Of a DNA stretch of 64,000 nucleotides, positions 39,937 to 51,747 are shown piece after piece. The translations under genes were made by a program, and so were the position numbers. The stretch comes from Octopus vulgaris (Eukaryota), in contig OX597815.1 of assembly GCA_951406725.2 (NCBI GenBank), forward strand, positions 2,356,001 through 2,420,000, given 5' to 3'. Under the pieces are notes generated by a model that did no database searches, had not been told where the DNA came from, and was given only the letters and a program-made list of their open reading frames with translations. Each line of letters starts with the position of its first letter. Positions within the stretch are counted from its first letter, which is position 1.

Positions 39937-40420
39937 ACAGGGACGCTGGCAAGTGGGCGAGCCTAAAGTGTTCTTCAACATTGCAGACCTGCATCGGGAA
40001 AAGGCAACCATCGATTGAATTGATTACATAAAAGCGGAAGATGTAATATCGACCATTGATGAGATGAGCTGAAAGTCCGCCCGGATGGAATTCTCCTCTT
40101 TTCTCCTAAAAACAGGCATGAAAGCTGTTGCAAAACCCCTGCAGATCCTTTCTTTACCTTCTGCAGAAATGGTACCCAAGAAATTGTAGCAATGAACTTA
40201 TGCAAAAGCCAAGTTAAACCAATCCGTTTTGGTATTCTCTTGCTATTTAAACATTACCAAGCTTTTTTGCTCGCCATTGCGCTTCTCCTATGCGACTTCC
40301 CGTGCTGTAAACACGAAGACATTTTCAATTATATTCGTCACGTATCTGCCTCGACAGAGCACACTCTACGTCCATCTGTTTAGAACTCTATGTACTTTAT
40401 AGCATTGAAGTACAGGCAGC
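39937..40420. pseudogene. Possible decayed LINE ORF2 fragment
   Basis: Plus strand [11 protein letters not shown]...PDGI...AKPLQIL resembles the pre-RT GPDGI region. Confidence 0.4.
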
Positions 40421-40507
40421 TGGAAAATGGATTCGAATTACTACACACACACACACACACACACACACATCTATACGACATCCTTCTTACTTATTTGCAT
40501 TATATAT

Positions 40508-40733
40508 AGTCGCCATGATACATCGTTAGCCACTACACACATTTTTTTCTCTCCTTTTTTTCTCTCCTTGTTTCTCTCATTTTTTTCTCTCCTTGTTTTT
40601 TTCTGTGTCCCTTTCTGTAGAAAAGTGTAGGCTCGAAACTTAAAAGACTTTTTCTATTCTTGAGCGTTATACTAATACATCTGTTCGTTTTGTACACCAC
40701 CTGTCTTCGTCTTTTGTTTTTTTCGTAAACTCT

Positions 40734-40738
<5 letters not shown>
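40508..40738 (+). mobile_element. CTGTNGA hammerhead-like (TA)n-inserted element, apparently complete copy
   Basis: GTCGCCATGAT...CTTT-CTGTAGA-AAAGTGTAGGCTC-GAAAC-TTA-AAAG...TCTCCCTATATA. Confidence 0.7.
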
Positions 40739-40803
<65 letters not shown>

Positions 40804-40876
40804 ATATATATATATGTAGGTATATATGTGTGTGTATACATACATACAAACATACACACATACACACATAAATGTG

Positions 40877-41550
40877 TTAACGTTCTAGCTCAATTTCTCT
40901 GTTTACAGCAATGCTGGGAAGGAAGGTGTGTAGAGTGTGTTCGTCGCATTGACCATGACAGAGAAAGTTGTCATGATGACACCTGTTCAGAAGCATGCGC
41001 AAAGTTGCAGAAAGTGAATAAAGGGGAGAGTATGAACCACATACAAGCGTACGAGTGGTTCCGACGTTTCAAAGATGGCCGGAAAAAATATCGATGTTGA
41101 TGAACGTTCTGGGAGACCCGCAACCAGCAGGACTGAGAAAAACATCGCAGATGTCCGAGCAGCTGTGAGAGGATATCGTCGAATCACCATCCGTGAGTTA
41201 TCAGGAGATGTGCAGATTAGTTACGGTTCAGTTCAGTTCATTATCACTGAAGTTTCGGGTATGAGACGCGTGTCGGTCAAGTTTGTGCCAAAACTGTTTT
41301 TACCAAAAAGACATCCAGGTTTTTGTTGCACAAGATCTCTGTGAAGGAGTCGTCAATGCGAGGATCACACATTACACACCTTCCTTCCAAGCATTGCTGT
41401 AAACAGCGGGAATGAGCTGCTAGAACGTTAAAACTTAGTGCGCATGTACAGCAGAGTTCAAGGTCAATCTGTGCTGAACAGCTTCAGTCAGCGTGCTTAA
41501 GCTTCGTAACTATAGCAACAGACCGGATACTTATTCATCGGACTACGTAT
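40877..41550 (+). mobile_element. Internally deleted mariner element
   Basis: [10 protein letters not shown] and ERSGRP...RITIREL...VKFVPK (HTH and WVP-like motifs); inverted repeats 40877-40933 and 41373-41431; TA-ended TIR at 41550. Confidence 0.85.
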
Positions 41551-41812
41551 ATTTGCGTAAATAAGGCGGCGAGCTGGCAGAAGTGGTTAGCACGCCGGGC
41601 GAAATGCTTAGCGGTATTTTGTCTGTCGATACGTTCTGAGTTCAAATTCCGCCGAGGTCGTCTTTGCCTTTCATCCTTTCGGGGTCGATAAATTAAGTAC
41701 CATTTTCGTACTGGGGTCGATGTAATCGACTTAATCCGTTTATCTGTCCTTGTTTGTCCTCTCTGTATTTAGCCCCTTGTGGGCAGTAAAGAAATGTATA
41801 TTTGCATAAATA
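41548..41812 (+). mobile_element. SINE family B with TSD GTATATTTGC(G/A)TAAATA
   Basis: Near-consensus copy with duplicated flanks. Confidence 0.85.
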
Positions 41813-42127
41813 CATACACACATACAGTACACACACTCACACGCACGCACGCACGCACACAGACATTTTCCGTACGTATAAATTTACTGTCACGTGGACA
41901 AAAGCAAATTCTCAAAATTTCACTGTCAGTTGGAAGCCAGTTGTTTGTCAGCAAGAATTACGGAAATATCAAAACGGAAGTCATTTATTATGAAACTCTG
42001 GGAGAGACTCGTTCGCAAAGTCACTGCTGCACTTTTAAGTAAACTGCTGGACATTTTAGTAGGAATCTGTACTTTTACGAAAGCAAGAAGAAAAATCCAT
42101 CGAAATATAATGAAGAATGATGATAAG

Positions 42128-42893
42128 ACGGCAAGCTGCCAGAATCGTTAAGCATGCCGGATAAAATGTTTAGCGGTATTTCATCCGTCGTTACGTGCTG
42201 AGTTCAAATTCCGTTGATGTCAACTTTGTTTTATACCTTTCAGGGGTCGATGTAATAAGTACCAGTTAAGCAGTGGGGTCGACCTAATCGAGTTTCCCCC
42301 TGCCCCGTGGTTAGTGGAATGAAGAATACTGATAAGGCGGCGAGCTGGCAGAGTGGTTAGCACGCCGGGCGAAATGCCTAGCGGTATTTCGTCTGCCGTT
42401 ACGTTCTGAGTTAAAATTCCGCCGAGGTCGACTTTACCTTTCATCCTTTCGGGGTCGATTAAATAAGTACCAGTTACACACTGGGGTCGATATAATCGAC
42501 TTAATCCGTTTGTCTGTCCTTGTCTGTCCTCTCTGTGTTTAGCCCCTTGTGGGTAGTAAAGAAATAGGTATTTCATCTGCCGTTACGTTCTGAGTTCAAA
42601 TTCCGCCGAGGTCGACTTTGCCTTTTATCCTTTCGGGGTCGATTAAATAAGTACCAGTTACACACTGGGGTCGATATAATCGACTTAATCCATTTGTCTG
42701 TCCTTGTTTGTCCTCTCTGTGTTTAGCCCCTTGTGGGTAGTAAAGAAATAGGTATTTCGTCTGCCTTTACGTTCTGAGTTCAAATTCCGCCGAGGTCGAC
42801 TTTGTCTTTCACCTTTCAGGGGTCGATGTAATAAGTACCAGTTAAGCACTGGGGTCGATCTAGTCAACTTGCCCTCTGCCCCGTGGTTAGTGG
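42128..42893 (+). mobile_element. SINE family B cluster with 184-bp tandem units
   Basis: Junction GAAATAGGTATTTC at 42561 and 42745. Confidence 0.85.
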
Positions 42894-44572
42894 CCGTTTG
42901 TCAAAATTGGAAACCATTATGAGGAATAATGAAGCGCTATTACTACGGACAGTGGAGATCTCCATAAGTGACACTCCATCACAAAACGGAGCGAGAAATT
43001 TCCACAGGAATTTCTAGTTTCTATCGTTTTTCGTTTGATTTATTTTGCTGCTGTCCTTGATTCTGTTGTTGTTTGTGTTGTCGTCGTTGTTATTATTGCT
43101 GTCATGGCTGTAGTCAGTGTTATTGTGTCCTACTAACTTCGTACCTTTCAAAATACGAAACAAGGCAGATATTCCTTATCCCGTGGTTCTATTGTAGTTT
43201 AGCCCCAGATAAACCCTGATCGTGCAGAACTATAATCAAATGGGAATCCAGCCATTCCGTTTCCGCCATCTTATCTTTCAGTCTGTTTTAAATCTTTTTA
43301 TTCGTACGCCAAACATACGACTAAGAATAAGAAAATATATTCTTAACGGTGTTATTAAATGATATATAACGGTGGAGCAAAGAAACTTAGAACTCACCCC
43401 CATGCGATCCACAAAATTTTGGCATTCCCTGACAGCTTTGGTTGTTGTTGGTGGATCTGCTGGTTCATTTTCTATGCTTCTTGGGTTCTTGTTTGTAAGA
43501 AGTCCTTAGTTAACCCTTACTTTCACAAGCGTAGCAGCTAGGCCTTCTGCCCTACACTATCAATCTCACGGCTATTCCTTCTACATTAGCAACGGAGCAT
43601 TACTGCTGTATACTGCTGAATGATTTTCGGGTGTCATTAATAATTAGATATCCATCTGCTGAACCCACGCAACCACTTGTTGACCCTCGTTATCGGCCTG
43701 CATTGTGCTATGAAGGTGACAGCGACCCGTCGTCAGCATCATCGCCAATGGCGCAATGGCCTAGTGGTTAGGGAAGCGGACTCGCGGTCGGAGGATCACG
43801 GTTTCGATTCCCAGACCGGGCGTTGTGTGTGTTTATTGAGCGAAAACACCTAAAAGATCCACGAGGCTCTGGCAGGGGGATGTTGGCGACCCCTATTGTA
43901 CTCTTTCGCCCCAACTTTCTCTCACACTTTCTTCCTGTTTCTTGTCCCCGACTTCCTACGCAACCGCGGAGCCAGGATGCGCATTCATCCCTCCGTCGAT
44001 GCTCTCGGTGCCGGGGGTTGACCTGCTTTCTCTTCTGCGGGTCTTACGAATAGCAAAGGACCACGTTTCGGACTTCTCCCACTGGTTCGCTCAACAGCAA
44101 CAGCAACAGCATCATCGCCAACATCCTTCACGGTGGAGGATGCAGCTCGGCTTTCGTCCTCGATCCTTCCTAAGTTTTCCAAATTAGGCATAGGATCTCT
44201 TAAACCCACCCCACCCTCCCTGGTAGAGAAGCTATCACTCCACACCTCTACCTTCAGTTATACGTCTGAGGGAATAAAGAAATGAATCCCCGTTCTTGGT
44301 GATACAGAAATGTATTCAACCTTCATTCTCTCTCACTTTCGCCTAAAGAGCACTGACCAAGACTCTTGGTCAGATAATTCTGCCAAGACCATATTTCATT
44401 GGCCCAAGTGACGCAACACCTGAAATTTTCTGCCCTGGTGACATTGCTGACAAAAAACAACAACAAAAAGGTTTCCTTCATTTGTTTAAACTTGTGTGTG
44501 TGTGTGTGTGTATGTGTGTGTTGTGTATGTGTGTGTGTGCTTGTGTGTGTGTGTGCTTGTGTGTGTGTGTGC

Positions 44573-44623
<51 letters not shown>

Positions 44624-44843
44624 TGTTGTGTGTGTGTGTGTGTGTGTGTTGTGTGTGTGTGTTGTGTGTGTGTGTGCTTGTGTGTGTTTGTGTGTGTGTG
44701 CGTGTGTGTGTGTGTGTGTGTGCTTGTGTGTGTGTGTGTGTGTGTGTGCGTGTGTGTGTGTGCTTGTGTGCATGCGCGCGGCTGTGTGTGTTTGAGTGTC
44801 TGTGTCTGTGTCTGTATCGTTCGCATGTTTTTGATGCTGCTGT

Positions 44844-44889
<46 letters not shown>

Positions 44890-45739
44890 GCTGCTGCTAC
44901 TACTGTTGTTGTTATTATTAATCCGTCAACATGTCATTAATAATTTTCTCTACTTTCTCGTTTTGTTTTCCTTGCTGTTGTGTTGATCTTTAATCTGTGT
45001 GGGTGTTGTTTTTCCTGGCCTGTAGCCATCTTATGTTGAATACATGTACAAACGTGGTTATATACAAAAATGTCTCAAACTAAACTTTATGTCTTTCGAA
45101 CTACGACTGAGTGACCTCCAAACGAATCTTGAATAATTCGTAGCGAAAAAAAAAAATGATAAAAATTCTTTTTTTTTTTTCCTGAGACTGCATTTGGTAA
45201 AAAGAAAGGAAGTTCAATTTTACGGAATGTGTAGAAAAACATCAGAACGCGTGAGACAACAAAAATAATAACTGTGATAACATCTCTTTAATTTCCCACC
45301 CTGGGGCCGACTTATTCACACAGCGAACTGCGTGCATATTCTTTTCATCTTTTGCATGTTGCAGTCGTTGGACTACACCCTCTCTGCGGCACCACCTGGA
45401 AGAGATTTAATGGAACAAATCGAATGCTACACGTATTTTTAAAGCCATTTAATTATTCTATCGATGTATTTTGCCAAACCGCAAGGTTACGGTGACGTAA
45501 ATAAACCAACATTGGTTGCCAAGCGGTGATGGTAGAAAAAGGTAAACACAAAGATACACACACATTTACGACGAGCTTCTCAGTAGACTTGGAGGACAGA
45601 AACCAAATTTACTCACCGGGGCTATAGGAGTTGTAGCCGGAGAGACTTGCTCAAGATGCCGCTGAGTGGTCCTAAACTCGAAAGCAGACGGTGGCAAAGT
45701 AACATTCTTCAATGCACAACCATGCTTATACCTTATATA

Positions 45740-46107
45740 CTCTTTTATTTGCTTCAGTCGTTTGACTGCAGCCATACTGGAGCACCGCCTCTAGTCGAAC
45801 AAAACGACTCCAGGACTTATTCTTTGTAAGATTAATACTTATTCTATCGGTCTCTTTTTGCCGAACCGCTAAACTACACAGACGTAAACACACAACATCG
45901 GTTGTCAAGCGATGGTAGTGTGGGACAAACACAGACACACAAACACATCCACACATACATATATACATACGACAGGCCTTCTTTCAGTTTCCGTGTACCA
46001 AATCTACTCACAAAGCTTTGGTCAGTCCAAGGTGCCACGCAGTGGGACTGAACTCAGAACCATGTGGTTAGTAAGCAAGCTACTTACCACACAGCCACCT
46101 CTGCGCC

Positions 46108-46110
<3 letters not shown>
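45740..46110 (-). mobile_element. SINE family A
   Basis: Reverse complement of the consensus. Other minus copies at 49585-49850, 50035-50230, 51033-51175, 51450-51925, 53430-53855 and 61745-62160. Confidence 0.8.
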
Positions 46111-46159
<49 letters not shown>

Positions 46160-46227
46160 GTATATATATAAAAATAATGTGTGTATATATATGCATATAT
46201 ATATACATAATGTGCATATATATATAT

Positions 46228-46290
<63 letters not shown>

Positions 46291-46599
46291 TGTGTGTGTG
46301 TATGTATATATATATATATTTGGGTAAAGACCTTCTTCGGTCATGAACGGGCATGGGATTCCGCTTAAAAAGTTACCCTGCGAGGTCCAAATCCGGACAA
46401 ATTGTTTGTGGAAGACCAGCAGACCTCCATACATACCCCTCCCACTCTCCAAGCCGTCGATGTTATCCAAGGGAAAGGCACCAGTGACGTCGCAGCTCAT
46501 TTCTACAGCTGAGTGAACTGTAGCAACGTGAAATAAAGAGTCTTGCTCAAGAACACAGGAAGATAAATTGATAGACAGAAATGATATACATAAATAATT

Positions 46600-49140
46600 A
46601 TTTAGTGTTATGAAATTACCATAGATGTCGCTTCAGTTGACAGCAAATGATGAGATTAGTGGATATTTTGATAAAGAAGATTAGCTAAGAATTTATTACG
46701 TCACCAAATCGGATTAATGCTACTTTCCGGTCGTTTACTGTGCAAGAATATAAGCGTAGCTTATCCTATCACCATCGGACTTTCTATCTATTTGTAGCAT
46801 TTAGTGCCATTCATGACGACAGAATGTCTGGTGGCGGCTGTGGTGGTGGAGTTGGGTAATGTTTTATCCGCAGAAGAAACATTTGTAAATAGCGTTCTAA
46901 TATAGAACAGCCAAGCGACCGATTTTAGTGACACACTACAGGCTTCCATTGAAATGTGTTCGTGTCAGACATGCCAGGTGTTTGCGGAAGGGAAATTTCA
47001 CGTCAGCCATGAATAAATAGCATTTATCGTCTGCAATTGCAGTGAATTAATTAATCAAACTGATACCAAGTCAATTCACAGCGGGTTTTAGCGTTTGCAG
47101 AAAAAATATCAGTTTTCATTCCGTGTCTTTAGTAACGTAGCACTGAAATCTTTGGTTGACGTCGTTTGTTGTTGATGTGTGATGAGAAGAAGAAGAAGAA
47201 GAAGAAGAAGGAGAAAAAAGGGGCTGCTAGCTTCTGCCGTACGAAGAACTGTTTAAGGATCATTACGTCATCAGTTATCAATCATCCAGTGAACTGGTGA
47301 CAGGTACATCCGAGTCGATACTTCGCTGACGAAACGGTGTCGCTGTCACTCTGTAGGGAGAACAACCTGGATCTCCCATTGATTATTCCATCGTTCGCCA
47401 GTGAAATACTCTTGAGGGTGAGAACAGCCACGACAACTTTCTAAATCATTCGACAACAGCTGGAGTCGTTCTGGCTATATCTTGGATTTGTCTTATAATG
47501 CTTAATGAAATAGTTTCCTAAATTTGATGAAGAAGGGCTCTGCATAAATCATCAACGTATCTTTCCTTTTCCTCACAGCAAAGAAATATCTAGAAAGGTT
47601 TCCACTGCCAAAGGCTTGATCAAAAATCTGTCAGAGAGCGGCTGATGTTTCCTTCTCGGCCTGCCATTGAAACCAGTCCACTCTTTTTCATGAATAGTAT
47701 TTGAAAACTAAATGTAGCTGGTTAATATCATCTCAAACACAAATGGCGTCTACTTTCAACAATGTGTGAGCGCTCAATAGGACCGAAAGGCTTAAGTCAT
47801 TCACTTCAGTATTCTGAGGTGTCATGGCGTAATCAATATACGTTCTTATTCATGGAGAATGTGAAGGCGGCGGCGGCAGGGGTGGCGACCTGGCACAATC
47901 GTTTGTGTTGGACAAAATGCTTAGCGGAATTTCTTCGAGTTCTTTAAGTTTTGAGCCGAAATCCCACTGAGGTTAACTTTGCCTTTCATCGTTTCGGGGT
48001 GGATAAAATGAAGTACCAGTCATGTACTGGGGGTCAATATATTCCTCTCAAAAAGGCGGCGAGCTGGTAGAAACGTTAACACACCGGGCGAAATGCTCAG
48101 CGGTATTTCGTCTACCGTTACGTTGTGAGTTCAAATTCCGCCGAGGTCGACTTTGCCTTTCATCCTTTCGGCATCGATAAATTAAATACCAGTTGCGTTC
48201 TGGGGTTCTATCTAATCGACTGGCCCCCTTCCCCAAAATTTCGGGCCTTGTGCCTAGAGTAGAAAAGTATATAATGCTGAAAAGAATATCTCTTGTAGTG
48301 TTTCGCTACACAACTTAAGGCTGTGAGTTCGAATCCTTTCAGAATTAATTTTGCTTTTCATCCTTCTGGGAGGATCAATACAATACCAATCGAGGCGATC
48401 TTTACAAATTTTCTATAAAATGTAGAGCCAGCACAGCAAGTTACGATGTTTCGTATACGAATATGTCTGTAAACAATGCACTCAAAGATAGAGAAGATAG
48501 GTGATGGATGTATATGCATATTTCAGGAGTTGTTGCTCTTTCTTCCGTCATCCCATCACCTATCCACGAACACATTGCTTAAATATTCACCACATTTAGT
48601 GGTGTGAAGCTATTGAAGAGACCAATTTACATCTTCAACACATTCCTGGCAAATGGTGCGTACATAATAATTGCTGGCACCACTCGAATACTAGGGTTAA
48701 TGGAATCTACTACATCATTTCCATATTCTATAAAGTGTGGCCTTTTGCCGATCTCAGAAATCAATATTAATTGTTGTTCTGAAGGAAGCAGTTGTAACCA
48801 GTTTTTTTTTATTGAAATATCTCCATGTCCGGACACAAACGTTTGTGCTACAATCTAATCTCTGTATATTAGCTTTAATCCAGCCGCATACAAGAACCCA
48901 GAATATTTTGTCGTTGTCATTCTGATCTTGTCTTTTACAATATCTCTCATGCTTTCATGTTCCAGGTTTCTTTGAAATATTGAACTTTTTGTTTCGAACT
49001 TGTTTGCAAAGGAAGAGATTATCTTAATGATTCTCTCCAACCTTACTAAATGTGCTTTTATATCTCAAATAATGTTCTTCATTCTAGTAATTCAACATTT
49101 TATGGAGTTCAAGAGAATTTCTTTCTAAGACTTTCGCTTT
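46600..49140 (-). pseudogene. Candidate endogenous Mononegavirales L (RdRp) gene fossil, interrupted by SINEs at about 47860-48390
   Basis: Ordered minus-strand motifs by hand translation: FVSGHGDI; FNSFTPL; WQAEKETS...IFDQAFG...IYAEP; PAVVE*FRKLSW; SLQSDSDTV; SLKSVAW; LANLLYQNI / PLISSFA / QLKRHL. Confidence 0.65.
48052..48265 (+). mobile_element. SINE family B variant
   Basis: AGGCGGCGAGCTGG...GAGTTCAAATTCCGCCGAGG. An older copy lies at 47865-48035. Confidence 0.8.
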
Positions 49141-50267
49141 TATCAGATATTTCATTCACAATTCAACTTCAAAAGAGAATATTGTAATTTTAGGCTTACG
49201 TGGTTTCTTATTCTGACCGCAGTCACGACCAAGAAATAAGCAGACGATTCATTGTTGAGATCAAAGTCTCTAGTTATCACATTTATATTTGGCCGTTTTG
49301 TACGAAAATTTATTTCTTACAACTGCAAACTTTAGAGAAGTTTAGGGTCAGACTGCACACCGTAGAGGCTTCGGTTTACAATGTCTGTGACCAGCACTCC
49401 ACTGGAAAAACACTCAACTCTCACTTTCTCTCAATCTTTCTCGTTTGCTCCGTCCCTTTCTCCATACCCTATCCTCTTTCTCTTTGTGTAGTTTCATGAT
49501 TGACACGATTCTTTCGCTTACAGTTCTCAATTCAAGCTTTCTTCTGCAGGTCAAGATTGGAGCAGGAGGCGATTTATTCATTTACTTGTTTCAGTCATTT
49601 TACTGCGGCCATGCTGGAGCATCATCTTTAGCCGACCAAATCGACCTCGGGACTTATTCTTTGTAAGCCTAGTACTTATTCTATTGGTCCCTTACGCTGA
49701 ACCGCTAAGTTACGGACTTCTTATCGTTTCCGTCTACCAAATCTACTCAAACGACTTTGGCTCGAGGCTATAGTAGAAGACACTTACCGAAGGTGCCACG
49801 CAGTGGGACTGAACCCGGAACCATGTGGTTGGAAAGCACACTTCTTACCATACAAACATGAGTCACAGCGAAATATTCATCGATTATAACGATAAGAACA
49901 TGGAATACCCACAGGTAACATATTCCTTTATCATTGCTAAACTAATTTTTGGATGTTTTGGGTGCGCCCGGAAAAGCAACTTCGTTGAAAATCTTGCGGA
50001 ACCTCGAAGGTTATCCTTATATGCTTCCATTCTTTTATTTGTTTCAGGCATTTGATTGGTGCCATGCTGGAGAACCACCTTTAGTAGAACAAATCGACCC
50101 CAGGACTTATTCTTCATAAGCCTAGTACTTATTCTATCAAATTCTCTTGCTGAACCACTATGTTACGGGGACGTGAACACACCAACATTGGTTGTCAAGT
50201 GATGGTGGAAGGACAAAAGATAGACAAGCACAGACACACGCACAAATGTGTATATATATATATATAA

Positions 50268-50752
<485 letters not shown>

Positions 50753-51686
50753 CATACATACATATATATATAATGGGACAAGAACGCAAAACAATTAAAC
50801 ATCCAGATAGACGATACAAAGAAAACAAGGACGGGTCATTCAGGTTTTCTTTCCTCAGTCGAGTTCCAGATTATCTTTGCGATTATCTCGGCTGGTTATA
50901 CTCGAGATTCTAGCCAGCCCCAAGGAAAAACTAAGCTAAGAACATTAGGTTCCTTAGAAGAAAGCAGCGAATGTATACGAAAGCAAGGACGAAAAAATAA
51001 AAACGGAGAATGCTACACAAATACAAATAAAAGGTTCTTTCAGTTTCCGTCTACCAAATCCACTCACAAGGTTTTGGTCGGCCCGAGACTACAGTAGAAG
51101 ACACTTGTCCTAGGTGCCACGTAGTGGGACTGAACCCAGAACTATGTGGTTGGTAAGCAAGCTACTTACCACACAATCTCGCCCTAATGAAAGTAAAAAA
51201 AACCCGACAAACGGATGGCTCCAATGGAAAGCAGTGTATTCTGGTATCAAGAAATCCTATGATCACATAATTAATCTCGAATGGTGGCTCTCAACTAGGG
51301 TCCACATGGCTCTTGGGGTCCGTTATTAGATTTCATTAAAATTTCTGTGCAATAAAATCGCTCCAACTTGAATCAAGACACAAAATATTCTAGCAATTTC
51401 TTTCATCCAATTCCCAAGGATATTTAATCCTGAAAATATTATTTTTCTTTTATTTGTTTCAGTCATTTGACTGCGGCCATGCTGGAGCATTACCTTTAGT
51501 CGAACAAATCGACGCTAGGACTTACTCTTTGTAAGCCTAGTACTTATTCTATCGGTCTCTTTGCCGAAACGCTAAGTCACGGGGACGTTGACACGCCACG
51601 CTCGGATGTCAAGCAATAGTGGGGGGATAAACACACACAAACACATAAATACATACATAAATACATAGATACATACATACATACAT

Positions 51687-51747
<61 letters not shown>

